Shown piece by piece: positions 12,939 through 26,900 of a stretch of DNA of 64,000 nt. The notes beneath the pieces were generated by a model. It worked only from the letters and a program-made list of their open reading frames with translations, ran no database searches and was not told where the DNA came from. A program made the translations under genes and the position numbers. The stretch comes from Hypanus sabinus (lineage: Eukaryota): contig NC_082728.1 of the NCBI RefSeq assembly GCF_030144855.1, positions 29,822,001-29,886,000 of the forward strand. The letters are read 5' to 3'. Position 1 is the first letter of the stretch. Each line of letters opens with the position of its first letter.

Positions 12939-14306
12939 CTGAAAGGTAAAATGAACATTTTGTAAGTATCACATTTTAAATTCTCATTTAAAGTAGTATA
13001 CATTTACCCAGGATTAAAGGAGGCCATGACTTTTTTTTTTACTTTGCTCTTACAACAAAAAGGAAGACTTTTCTTTTCCCCCCCATTTTCTAAAATAATT
13101 AAAGGTCATGATGGGAAAACTAGTGATACATTTTTGTTCTTGTAAATCACCTTGAAGTGTTAAAATCAAAAGTTTGCAAATGGGCACTAATTTGCAGCAC
13201 TAACAGACACATCTTGATGAGTACAGAAAGATGGCCATCTTTGAGTGGCTGACTGGGTCTGTTAACTGGGTAATGAACAATCACTGCTAATCAGTCAAAT
13301 CATGGCTTTGATACAACTTATTGAAAAATACTAGCTTTCTCAATTCAACCTTGAAACCTCAAGATCTAGCAATCTCTACAACTCAATAAAGCCAGCATCT
13401 TTAAGCTTTATCTTCACAGCATGAAATACCAGCTAATACCCTATTAAATTTCCCCACATTTACTTCAAGAACTTATGTTTATGGGCAAGAAATAAAAGGT
13501 TTTATGTGAACCTTGACTAGTAACATTGTATTTACTGTTGTGGAGAGAATGATAATCAACTTGAAAATGAATCTTCTCAGTATATCACAGCACAAATATT
13601 TCTTTCTTATAAAGTGACGCATATTGGGTCAAAAGCAGGACATTGATTCTTTTTACTTTCAACTATTTTGCACAAAATAACATAGCTTCAGTTTCAGTGG
13701 CAAATTCTAAACATATCAGTTCTGAATCCAGAAGAGCTGATTCTACTTAACAAAAGAGACAAACAATTGACATATGTATACCAAACATAATGAGGATGAA
13801 CCAAGCCAGAAGACTGAATGGTTAAGTCATCACTTAAGAGTTATACAGTTAGAGAAATACAAATTTCAACTATGGCCTGCATGGAGACAAACTCTCAATC
13901 ATGGCAAAGATGAGCATTTTTACACAGATTGGATGTTACACTTATTCAAATGGACTACCACAAAGACATCCAGCCCTACATAAAGTTTAGAATGAAGAAA
14001 AAAAGAGTATGGACGCCCATTTTTGCTAACACAGAATTCTTATCAACATAGACATTTGTCATTCCATCAATAAACTTCTGTCTATCCCAGATCCATTGCA
14101 AATCAATTGTCCTACGTCTCAAAAGCATGCACCAACATGCGTTGAGTCCTGAAAATCCTCAATGCCAGCTAGAAATACAACCAAAACAATCTTTAAAATT
14201 CACTAATTTTTGAAAGTGGACACATTGTTACTGTTGACTGAATGGGAGAAATGGCAATATCACCTATAAATACCAAAAATGTTTAAAAAGGTTCACTTAG
14301 GCATTA

Positions 14307-14729
<423 letters not shown>

Positions 14730-14804
14730 TCATTGATCTTGATGCCATTCATCTTTTGTTAATGGAACACATTAGAAATATTCTTCCTGCAAAAAAACTT
14801 AATT

Positions 14805-15705
14805 CATTATCAAAGTATATTCTACTGAGATTAATTTTCTTGTGGGCAATTTTCTTCACAATAAACACAAAGATGCACAAGAGAATTAAAACCTCACAAA
14901 AAGACAAACCATCAATGTGTAAAAGATAACAAACTAAGCAAATACCAAAAGAGAGAAAAACAAAATATTAAATAAATATTGAGAACATAGGTTGTAGAGT
15001 CCTTGAAAGTGAGTCTATGGATTGTGGAATCAGTTCAGTGTTCGGTTGAGTGAAGTTATCCCCTCCGGTTCAAGAGCTTAATGGTTCAGGGGAAATACTG
15101 TAATTGTTCCTGAACTGGGCGTTGTCAGACGTGTGACTTCTTCCTGATGGCAACAACTGGAAGCCTAGATAGGGGGTCTCTTGATGATGGATACTACTTT
15201 TCAGCAACAATGCTCCTTGTAGATGTGCTCAGTAGTGGGAGGGCTTTATCCAGTACTTTTTGTAGGCTTTTTCTGTTCAAGGGCATTGGTGTTTCCATAC
15301 CAGGCACTGTGCTCTCAACCACACATCTAAAGAAGTTTGACAAAGTTTTAAATGACATGCTGAATTTTCACAAACTTCTGAGTGCTACCATGCCTTCTTT
15401 GTAATGGCAGTGTGTGACCCAGGGTAGATCCTCTGAAGTGATAACACTGAGGAATTTAACGTTGCTGACCCCCCTCCACCACTGAGCCTCTGATGAGGAT
15501 CACCTCATCAACCTCCAGTTTCTTCCTTCAGTAGTCAATAATCAGCTCTTTCATTTTTCTGACATGAGTGTGAGGTTGTTGCCATGGCACCACTTTTAGC
15601 CAGATTTTCAATCTCTCTCCTATGTGCTGATTCATCACTACCTTTAACTTAGCCAAACAAATGGTGGTATTGCCAGAAAACTTAAATATGGCATTGGAGC
15701 TGTAG
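14805..15705 (-). mobile_element. Rex1-like LINE 3' fragment (decayed)
   Basis: KMKELIIDY-type RT C-terminal motif; related to 31905-32715. Confidence 0.8.
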
Positions 15706-16229
15706 TAATCATTTAAAACCTTTAACCTTTTCTTCAAAAACAGGACTCATGTGGTCATTCAGAAAGTCACTTACTCTCAATGACAGATGTAAGTACATTA
15801 CCTGGTAAAAAATTAAAATAGGAAAACAAAAGGATAATACAAATGCCACTCTATTCTACCAAACATACACAAAGTCATTGAAACTTCACTCTTCACACCC
15901 CATATGACCTCTCTCCAAATTATAGGTCATAGATCATTTCCTCTCTGATCTTGTATGTGGAACTCAACTCCTGTTACTAGATCCCATAGAGGGATTCTGC
16001 TTTTCCAACTTTGACTCTCTTCCAACCAGTGTTCAGATTAATTTCCTGTACAGTTTCCTGTCATTGTCTTCTTTGCTGGCATCCTGAACATTAATAAGAA
16101 AACACACAAAAAAAATTAAGATTTGTTTATAATGCCATCATGGAGAAGAGCTATTTGGGACAGGCTGATGTGGTAGATTAAAATGTCAAGATTATTTCCC
16201 TGATGTAATTACTTGAAGAGGTCAAGGTA

Positions 16230-16910
16230 CAAATGAATTAGCCAAGGTACAGAGAGACTTAAGAATCCTCCTGTGAGACTCCCAGAAGGTTAATTTACAG
16301 GTTGAATTTGTGGTAAAGGCAGCAAATGCAATGTTGGCATCTATTTCAAGGTAAATAAATACAAAAAAGGAAATAATGCTGAGCCTTTACAAGACACTAG
16401 TCAGGCCACACTTGGAGTACGGTCAATGGTTTTGGGCCCCACATCTCAGAAAGGATGTATTTTCATTGGAGAGAGTCCAGTGGAGGTTCACAAGGATGAC
16501 TGTAGGAATGAAAGGGTTAAAGCAAGCATTTGGCAGCTTTGGGCCTGTACTCAATGGAATTTAGAATGCAAGGGGGAATCACACTGAAGCCTACTGAAAG
16601 TTGAAAGGACTAGATACGGTGCATGTGGAGAGGATGTTTTCTACGGTGGGGGATATCCGGGACTAGAGGGCACAACCTCAAAATTGAGGGACGACCGTTT
16701 AGAATAGTGGTAAGAGGAACTTTTTTTAGCCAGAGAGTAGTAAATTCGTGGAATGCCCTGCCACAGACTGTGGAGGAGGTCAAATCATTGGGTATATTTA
16801 AGGCGATGGTTGAGTTTCCAGATCATTCAGGCATCAAAGGACATGGCAGAACAGACTCGATGAGCCGAATGGCTAATTCTGCTCCTATGGCTTATGGCTT
16901 AAGATATAAT
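16230..16910 (+). mobile_element. CR1 LINE 3' end
   Basis: LYKTLVRPHLEY..FWAPH, TRGHNLKI, FFSQRVVNSWNALP; tail hairpin ggctaattctgctcctatggcttatgg. Confidence 0.92.
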
Positions 16911-17790
16911 GTGGAAAATTAAGTGGCTTTGTGCAAAAATAAGTCTAAGGCTAAGTTCCAGGCCTATTTCTGAGACCGATTAGGTGACTGTTTCCTCTGA
17001 ACTTAAGACTTCAGAACTCTTGATGTGACTCTGTCCCATTGCTTCTGCATAGAAGCTCGAGTTCAACATGTTCAAAGTTTACACCAAAAAAAATCAAGTT
17101 AACTGTTACCGTCACCGTTAATAACACCAGCATTTTGGATAGAATTGTCAAGGAAAAAGAAACCATCCGAGTGCGATGTTTTACGTACAATATATTCCGA
17201 TAATTGGAAAAAGCTTCCACTGATAAAGAACTTCAAGCCATGGTTGCTTCTGCTAATACGAATGGGACTGCTGAATAATACTGACTCACAAGATGATGTA
17301 TTCATTTCCCATCCTGAGAAAGCTCTTATCCCTCTTAAGAAAAGCAATCTGAAAATACTTGGCCCTTTCTTACTGAGGCGATTCTTAGTTCATTTTCCTC
17401 AATTCTTTGCATATTTTCTCAAAATATCTTTCTATTACTTATTTTGATCAACAAAGGAGTATCCTTTTGAATAGCTCTTTCAAAATCATGCATATTTGGA
17501 GGAACGATGTTTAAAAGATCAATCATTTTCTCATTTTCCTTTTATTAAAGATCAATAATTGCCAGATACTCAGCAGGGTGACTTCCAACGCAAAACTGAA
17601 TCTATTGTTCTACATTATTAAAGCTCAGTCTTCTCCAAATAAAAAAACCGAGGCTCTAGAGTTCCGAGTGACCCTTTCAACTTGAAATACTAGAAATTCC
17701 ACCCAAGGCTTTTGGGATAGAGAAGTTACTTTGTACATACTGAAAATATACAGGTAGCAATGAAAACAGATTTGTCCAGGCTGCTGTTAC

Positions 17791-18179
17791 CTGTATGGAG
17801 GTCTTCGCTTTTCCCCTGCAAACTGGAACAAATCATCCTTGAAATATTTTGGCACTTCATAATCTTCTAAAAGTTTCCTTCTTTTAGGATGCTCCCCATA
17901 GCTACTATCAAAAATGTACAGAGGACTATCATCTTTTGTAGTCTCCATATAGTCAGCATAATACTTCATCTTCATTTTAACAGAATAACCGTCGTTGTCT
18001 TCCCCACACTTAAATTTCTGATTCCTGTACTTGCGCTTTAATCGCTCCAGTGTCCACTTTTCATGTGCTGCCCATCCCCGCTCAGCATTTATCAACACCA
18101 CAGGCTTATATGGTTTCTCATACTTCTCAATAAAATCTTCAACAGTTGTCTCCAAAGCATCTATCCTTTCTACATTGTC
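17791..18179 (-). CDS. JMJD6: JMJD6 coding exon 2 (DNVERIDA...KRRPPYR)
   Basis: ctag|GAC acceptor, AG|gtaaca donor; 389 bp; [19 protein letters not shown] and [15 protein letters not shown] motifs. Confidence 0.98.
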
Positions 18180-18279
18180 CTAGAGTAAAATGGAAAATAA
18201 ACAGTTAACATAAAACAAGTTGACTTCACAACTTCAGCAAATAGGAAATACAGATTCAGTCACTGCAATGAGGTAGTTC

Positions 18280-19100
18280 CAAATATTTCTCTGATTTGGT
18301 TAGGAGGGATGATGGTGCCTAATGTTTGCATCTTCAGAAACAGCTCTATTTCTATATTTAATATCTCTATTTTTTTTCCTTTCAGGGTTCTTTTGAAGAC
18401 CCTGACCTGGAGTTACACACAGGCTTCGGTTCTTTGCAGGAATGGGACCCGTTCTTGGGATTCCATCACAGGCTGCTATTGGACATGCCAAGGGTTTGGC
18501 CTGAGAATCTCAATCATGTTCAGAACCCTAAGATCTCGGGGCTCTGGAGACAGCGGATCGAGGGTCGTTGTCACAGCCAGAGACTCATGTGTTGTCGGGG
18601 AAGCTGGAAAATCTTTCACTGTGGGTCCGAAGACCCAAGGTCTTTGTGATCTGCAGACACAGAGCTCGAAAAAAAGCGATGAAATGAACTTTTAAGATCA
18701 TAAACCAGCTGGTTGTTATTATGTCTCCTGCTCACTTGTGAAAATAGGGGACACCTCCCTCTCCCTTGCCAGGGAGAGAGAGAACCTGTGGATTGTTGAA
18801 TTTCAAATGACATGTGAAGCTTTTGGGGTTACTTTGGTCTGTGTCTTTGTTATTGTTTAGCACATGCTAGTGCTTGGTGACTGCACGGTGTGTGTTTATT
18901 TTTGTTGGGGGAGGGGGATCATTGCTTACTGCCACTAACGCGTGGGAGGGGGCAGCTGGCGGAGGGAGGACTTTGGGGTTCCAACATTTAACTGTCGTTT
19001 ATTCTTTGGGGTCTGTTTTTATGGATGCCTTGCCAAGAAAAATCATTTCAGGGTGTATATTGTATACATTTCTCTGACATTAAACTTGACCTTTGAAAAT
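18280..19100 (+). mobile_element. Non-coding interspersed repeat (non-autonomous retroelement) with LINE-like 3' tail
   Basis: The 3' ~150 bp is repeated at 34210-34370; no coherent ORF. Confidence 0.65.
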
Positions 19101-19410
19101 GTAGAACTGTTCAGTTAACCGTGGTTAGAAAAGATGGGTCTCTTAAATTTTGATCTCATCAACAGCTCCGAATAAAAACACTAACAAATTTTATCATTCC
19201 TCCATGGGTTTATGAAGTTGTATTATATTTTGTAACTTCAAAACATTGAACTAATTTAAAGGAAGGCAAGGGTGTCCAAAAATGCAGGTTTAACTTCATA
19301 TTTACTTCAAGCGAAGTGTGCTTATCACTTGGTAGCATGATGACATATGCAATTCACACATTTATACACATGACTCATAATGAATTATGTAAACTAACAA
19401 GAATGCTTAA

Positions 19411-19809
19411 TAGAACCATAGAATATTACAGCACAGAAACAGGCCTTTTGGCCCTTCTTGGCTGAGCTGAAACATTTTTCTGCCTTGTCCCACTGACCTG
19501 CACCTAGGCCATATCCCTCCAAACCCCTCTCATCCATAGACCTGTCCAAGTTTTTCTTAAGTGTTACAAGTGAGCCTGCATTCACCACTTCATCTGGCAG
19601 CTAATTCCACCCTCCCACCCTCTGTGTGAAGAAGCCCCCCCAATGTTCCCTTTAAACTTTTCCCCTTTACCCTTAACCCATGACCTCTGGGCTTTTTCTC
19701 CCCGGCCTCAGTGGAAAAAGCCTGCTTGCATTCACTCTACCTATACCCATCATAATTTTATACACCTCTATCAAATCACCCCTCATTCTCCTACACTCCA
19801 GGGAATAAA
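19411..19809 (-). mobile_element. CR1 3' end inserted in the Gypsy 3' LTR
   Basis: Near-identical to 44084-44490; LTR sequence resumes on both sides; TTAAT possible TSD. Confidence 0.9.
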
Positions 19810-19949
19810 TTAATCACCAACATATTTACTAGATTATTCATATTAAAATACTACACACTCATCCTTGCTTAGCTATAAACTCCCTCAATATAGAATGTAT
19901 CTGAATGTACTTATATACACAGTATACTATATAATACAGCTACTATGTA

Positions 19950-20893
19950 CAGTGCCTATAAAAAGTATTCACCCCCCTTGGAAGTTTTCATGTCTTTTTG
20001 CTTTACAACATCAAATCATTTTAATTTGGATTTAATTTGGCTTTCTTGACACCGATCAAGAGAAGACTCTTGTGTCAAAGTGAAGTGAAAACAAATTTCT
20101 ACAAATTGGTCTATATTTATTACAATTTTTAAACAAAATAATTGATTGCAAAATTACTCACCCCCTTCAAGTCAGTATTTAGTGGATGCACCTTTGGCAG
20201 CAATTACAGCCAAAGTGGATAGGTTTCTATCAGCTTTGCACATTGGGTCACTTCAATTTTTCCCCATTCTTCTTTACAAAACCGCTCAAGCTCTGTCAGA
20301 TTGCATGAGGATCATGAGTGAACAACCCTTTTCAAATCCGGCCACAAATTCTCAATTGGATTGTGGTCTGGACTTTGACTTGGCCACTCCAGGACATTAA
20401 CTTTGTTGTTTTTAAGCCATTCCTGTGCAGCTTTGGCTTCATGCATGGGATCTTTATCATGCTGGAAAACAAATCTTCTCCCAAGTTACAGTGCTCTTGC
20501 AGACTGCATCAGGCTATCCTCCAGGATTTCCCTTTATTTTGCTGCATTTATTTTATCCTCTACCATTACAAGTCTTCCTGGGCCTGCTGCAGTGAAGCAC
20601 TCCCATCACATGACACATCCACCACCATGCTTCATGGTAGGGATGGTGTGTTTTTGCTATGTGGTGTTTGGCTTATGCTAAACATAGCATTTTAAGTCTG
20701 ATGGCCAAAATAGTCAATATTGGTTTCATCTGCCCATAGAACCTTCTTCCAGCTGACTTCAGTCTCCCACATGCCTTCTGGCAAAATCTAGTCGAGCAGT
20801 GTCAAAAAAAGCTAAATCAAATCCACTGTGTTCAAAGTTGTAAAACAGTAAAACAGGAAAACTTCCTCGGGGTGGGAATACTTCTAGGCACTG
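19950..20893 (-). mobile_element. Tc1-like DNA transposon, internally deleted
   Basis: TA|CAGTGCCTATAAAAAGTATTCACCCC ... GGGGTGGGAATACTTCTAGGCACTG|TA; transposase remnants (VKHGGG, FQHDKDP, WPSQSPD) on minus strand. Confidence 0.92.
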
Positions 20894-23624
20894 TACACAC
20901 ATCCTCAGCATAGATTTTAAATTGTCCCATTTAGAACCAAAGATTTAATCACTGTGGAGGATTTCCTACTCTGGTGGCATAACATCTTTCCTGACAAGGG
21001 TTGTCAGTCTACTTGGCAGGTGAAAGAATATCAGGTTCTGGCGCCTCCTCTGTGGTAGTTGTAGGAATTGACACTGAAACTGCAGAACATGGTTCTGACA
21101 GCTCTAAAACCTTCCCCCCCCCCCCCCACCCCCCATTCCTTTTTATTCTTTCTAGGATGTGTATCTTGATCTAGGGAAGATGCATGGGTACACCATGGAG
21201 ACAGTTGTGGCATCACCCAATATCATTCCTAATTTGCTTTCAGTTAGGCCTATTGCAGCAGATGTGGCAAGCAAATCATGGATGGATCTCCAAATCAAGT
21301 TGTAGCTGCTTCACTGACCCCCACAATACTGATCCTCCTGTTTACCATATACAAGCTCAATGTGGCTTGTTGGTTGTTGTATTTCAGTTATGGATGTCAT
21401 ACCCACAGGAGTTATCTTTTTTCCAGTACAAGTTCTTAATTGGATATCTTCAGGCTTCAGTTTAATATCTTTGAAATGTCTCTCAGTCTCATTTTGCAGA
21501 ATGACTGAAACAGCTGAACCAGTGTCTAATTCTATTTTAATTAATTTGCCATTCACTTCTGTGTAAACTGTATTGCTCGTCTATTGTTAATTTCATATTG
21601 TCAATCTCAAGAGTATCCAGTCCTGCAACACTCTCATCATCAGATTTTTCATTAACAGCATTCAAATTAGTGTTTTTATTAGGAACTGTAACTTGACTTT
21701 TTACCTGTCTCTTCTGAGTAGTCTATTTTTGCCTGCTCGATCTGCTGTTTGTGTCCTTCCCTGTTTGCTGCATTTTCTGTGAGTTTCACCTTTAAACCTG
21801 CATTGTTCTGATGTATGTAAACCCCTGCCACAACGGTAACACAATTTGTTTGGCCAGGTAGGTTTCTATTTAGATGAAGTTTGATTCACACTCACTTTTA
21901 TTCCTGACTGCGATTCAATTGCATCTCTGCCTGTTTCCATTTAAACAGTGAATTCAATAGCTCTTTTCAATACAATTTGTGCTTCAGTAAGGAGCTATTT
22001 TAAAATACTATCTTGTAAGATTCAACAAACTAAACGATCATTTAGTGCATTATTAAGCCCAATATTGAACTGACAATGCTCAGGCAACTTCTTCAATTCA
22101 ACCACATAAGCTGAAATGGACTCTCTCTTGTTATGATACCACTTATGAAATCTAGTGTTCTGCAATCAATAATGGCTTTGGTTCCAAGTGTTCCTGCAGT
22201 ACTTTTAACATTATCAGCAAGGCTAATTTTGGATGGGTTGGTTGGAGCAGTTAAAATTCAAAGCAAACTCTACGCCTTTAAACCCAATGAACTCAGCAAA
22301 ATTTGTCATTTCACTGCTTTAAAATATTACTGAATTAGCTCAGTACACCTTAGCCAATTATCTGTTGAGTAATGAAAGGCATCAATATTTCCGATACAGC
22401 TAGCCATTTCTGCTTTCTTATGATTATCATCACCTGGTATTCTTAAGGAAATCGTGAATGCTTCTGTTTTCTGACTTTTTAAAAAATTGTCTTTTTTTAA
22501 AACATATTAAAAAAATGACCCATCTCTGCACGTACTAAGTTGTGTTTTGTACTTGCTACTCAGGTCAGTTTAAAAAACCTCATCACCAATGTTATGTCTT
22601 ATAACTTCAAAACATTAAGCAAATTCAAAGGAAGATACGGAAGTCCGAAAATATGAGTCCAACTTTGAGCTTACTTTAAGCGAGGCAAGCGCATATCACT
22701 TGGTAGTGTGATGACTATGCAATTCAGTTATTTATACCTATAATCAATAATAAATTATTTAATGAACAAGAATACTTCAAGTTACTACAATATTAAAATA
22801 TTACATACACAAAATTTTTCCAGCATAGTACAATTCAATGCATATTTTAATTTATATTTTTCCTCTCCTTACTCATGCAATTTAGTCTAGTAACACCAGA
22901 TTGCAGGGAATGTAATAAGTTTGTTGCAGTTCAAGAAATCATTATGAATATTAGCTACTGATATCAAATTGGTCTGGGACTATAAATTCCACAATTTCTT
23001 GATTTTGTATCTTCCAGAACCAGGCAATCACAATCTTGGGTTGATTGAGCATTACTTCCATAACCAGTAACTTACTTCTGAAATTATGTACACAAAAAAG
23101 ATGAAGAACTGCCATGTAACCTTTTGAACGAGCCATTTCTAAACATGTAGCAAACCCTTCTGCATGACTACATTATGAATCACTAGTACATTAAATTCCA
23201 AGCTGATTCGTAGATGCTAAGTTTGAATTAAATAAAAAGTCTGCAAAGAAGTGCTATTTGCAATATTCAGATTATTGCCAATTTACTAAAATTATTCATT
23301 TCTGGGAATTCCCTTCAATAAATATGTTTCTGAGGACATTACTTTACAAACTGTCTAATGTTACAGAACACAAGTTAAACAATTTGGAATGTACTAGCTC
23401 TTCTTACATGTGAGATTCCATAAAACGGGAAAAGTGAAATAAATTAAAACTTGTATCACCCTCATTGATCTGCAAGGTAAAAACACTAATGAATGAAGTA
23501 AGCTTGCACAAAAAGGATCCCATCTGTTTTCTTGGCGAAATAATGATGGGCCTCTAAAGATGACAAGGTAATCATCATTCTTTATAGCACCAGCTGAAAA
23601 ACAAAGATTCAATTCTCACTGCTA

Positions 23625-23830
23625 ACTACAAGGACTTTGTATGTTTTCCTCATGATCACTTGGGTTTTCTCCAGTTTCCTCCCATGTACCAAAGATGTAC
23701 GTGTTGGGGCTAATAGGTAGTAGGCATGCTATGTTGGCACCAGAAGCATGGCACCACATGCAGACTGCCCCCAGTACATCCTCAATGCAAGTAACATATT
23801 TTAATGTTTTCATGCAAATGTGACAATCTT
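23625..23830 (+). mobile_element. V-SINE-like fragment
   Basis: V-domain-like ttgtatgttttcctc...tgggttttctccagtttcctccca; tail shared with 35280-35415. Confidence 0.7.
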
Positions 23831-23959
23831 TAGAAATTCCAATATTTTTGTTTTACTGCACAATTATTCATACATGTTAACACAAATGAAACATATGCAA
23901 GGGAAGGAAGCTAGAGCAGGAAAGCAGGAATAATTCACTATCTTTTTTTCTTATTGCAC

Positions 23960-26900
23960 AGTTCAAACAGTGGGAATACCAGACAGGAAAGTGGAATGCT
24001 CCTCTTGAGGGATGTGGGAAGGCAGGGAAACCAGCAGCATCCCTGATGACTACATGCACAAAGTACATTAAGCTGCAGCTTCTTTCAGACCGTGTTAAGG
24101 AGGTGGAACTGAACGAACTCCAGATCCTTCAGGAGGCTGAAGGGTTGATAATCAGGTAATACAAGGTGACAGCTAAACCAAAGGTGCAGGACATAGGTAA
24201 CTGGGTAACCATCAGGAGATCTAAAGGGGATAGGGAGCTAGTTCAGAGTACTCCTGCGGATGTTCCTCTCAATAACAAGTAAACCGCTTTGGATACCGTT
24301 GGGGTTTGGAGGAATGACTTAGCAGGGGAAAGCCACAGCAGTCAGGTCACCAGTATTGTGTTTTGCTCTGTGACTAGAAGGAAGGAGAGAAGAGGTGAGC
24401 TGTGGTGATAGGGGATTCAATGGTTAGGGAATAGACAGGAACATATACTGTGTACAGGAATGAGATTCCAGGATGTTGCCTCCTGGATGCCAGGGTCAGA
24501 GATATCTCAAATAAATGCACAGCATTCTTAAGCAGGAGGGTGAGTAGTCAGAGGCTGTGATCCACGTCAATACCAATGACATGGGTAGAAAGGGTGACTA
24601 TACACTGCAAAGTGACTTCAGGGAGTTTGGTGCTAAGTTATCTAAGGACAATACTGCCAGTGTTGTGATCTCAGGATTGCTACCCGTGCCACATGCTACT
24701 GGGACCAGAAATAGGAAGATGATACAGTTTGATATGTGGCTAAGGAGATGGTACAGGAAGGGAGGCTTCAGGTTTTTGGATCATTAGGCTCTCATCCAGG
24801 AAAAGTAGGGCATGTACAGGCAGGATGGTTTGTGCCTGAACTGGAAGAAACTTGTGGGAATGTTTGCTAGCACTGCCATGGGGGGGGGGGGGGGGGCGCA
24901 AAGGGTGATCAAACCAGAGTTGTAGGGGGATGGGAACCAGAGCAGATAGTGGTGCGCTCATGGAGAAACATGCTGTCAAGCCGTCAAAGCCAGGAATAAA
25001 GAGGTTGATATGGCGGGACCCATGTTTTGAGTTGTGTATAATTCAATGCAAGGATTATTATAGGAAAGGCATATAAACTTGCCTGCAGAAGGGGCAGGAC
25101 TGGTAGCTTAATGTTTTGGGGGTTTTAGATGTGATAGAGTGGGAGGGGTGGCATTACTAGTTAGGGAAATCACAGCAGTGCTCAAATAGGACCAACTGGA
25201 AAATCCATCTACTGAGGCTATGTGAGTGGAACCAAGGATTAAGAAAGGTATGACTACATTAACAGTATTTTATTATAGACCAATCAACAGCAAATAGGAT
25301 TTAAAGGAATAAATTTGTAGAGTTTGCAGACTGTTGCAAAAAAAAACATAAGGTTGTGATAGGAGCTGATGTTAACTTTTCAAATATTGACTGGAACTCC
25401 CATATAGTAAGGGCTACAGTAAAGAACAATTTATCAAATGTGTTCAGAAGAGTTTCCTTACTCAGGACACAGAGGTTCCAGCAAGGTCTAATAACAGATC
25501 CCTGATGAGAGAATGAGAAAGTGCAGGCAATGCAAGTTTGTGTTGAGGAACAGTTTGCACCTAGTGATCATAATGCCATTAGCTTTAAAATAATCAAGGA
25601 CAAGGTCTGGACCTTGGGTTGAGATTCTAAAATGGAGGAAGTCTAATTTTGTATCAGAAAGGGTCTGATGAGTGTAGTTTGGGACAGGTGGTTTTCTGGC
25701 AAAGGTGAGCTTGTTAAGTGAGCGGCCTTCAAAGGTAAAATTTTAAGAGTACAGAGTTTGTATGTTTCTGTCAAAATAGGGATAACAGGTTTAGGGATCC
25801 TTGGCTTTGAGAGACATTGAGTCCCTGGTTAAGGAGGAGGTACACAACCGATACAAGCAGAAGGGGACAAATGAGGTACTTGAGTACAAGAAATGTAAGA
25901 GAAGACTTAAGGAGGAGATCAAGATGACTAGAAGAAGGCACAAGGCTGCCGTAGCAGGTAAGATGAAGGAGAATCCCAAGGGCTTTTACAGATATATTAA
26001 GAGCAAAAGGATAGCAAGGTACAAAATTGGTCCTCCTGAAGATCAGAGTGATGATCTATGCATGGAGCCAAAGAGATGGGGGAGATCATAAATTGATTTT
26101 TTTCTATCTGTATTTACTTGTGAGATGGACAGAGTCTGTAAAAATTTACAGGTTACAGAGGAGATATTTGCTACCTTGAGGCAAATTAAGGTGGATATAT
26201 TCCTAGGGCTTGAAAAGGTGTTCCCTCAGATCTTGAGAGGCTAGTGCAGAAATTCCAGGGGCAGCCACAATTATGTTATAGACATAAATATTTAAACCAT
26301 TATAGATATTTAAAACATCCTTAACAAGTGAGACACTGGAGGAATGGAGGATTGGTCAACATTGTTCCATTGTTTGAGGAATGCTCTAAAAATAAGCAGG
26401 GAAATTATAGGCTAGCGAACCTGTCATCAATAGTGAGTAAGATACTGGAAGGTATTCTAAAGGACCAGATATCTACAAGTATTTGGATCGACAGGGACTG
26501 ATTAGGGATAGTCAATATGGCCTTGTGCGTGGTAAATCATCTCTAACCAATCTTAAGAGTTATTCGAGGAAGATACCAGGAAAGTTGATGAAGGCAAAGC
26601 AGTAGATGATGTCTACAGAGACTTCAGTAAGGACTTTAACAACTTCAGATGTTTAACATTCAAGATAAGACAGTAAATTGGATTAGACATTGGCTTCACA
26701 GAAGAAGCAAAAGGGCGGTAGAAGCTGCAGTCTCTCTGACTGGAGGTCTGACTAGTGGATCCATTGTTGTTTATCACCTAAATCAACAATCTGGATGATA
26801 ATGTGGTAAATTAGATCAGCAAATTTACAGATTACACTGAGATTGGGGACAGTGAGGAAAGCAATCCAAACTTGCAGTGGGATCTGGACCAGCTGGAAAA

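Larger units (their letters stand above)
19219..22805 (-). mobile_element. Gypsy-type LTR retrotransposon, internally deleted (5' LTR ~22590-22805, 3' LTR ~19219-19855)
   Basis: Two homologous LTRs; PBS-like TGGTGATGAGG next to the 5' LTR; gag remnants; protease IELDTGSAVSVI; purine-rich PPT; RT and integrase missing. Confidence 0.85.
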
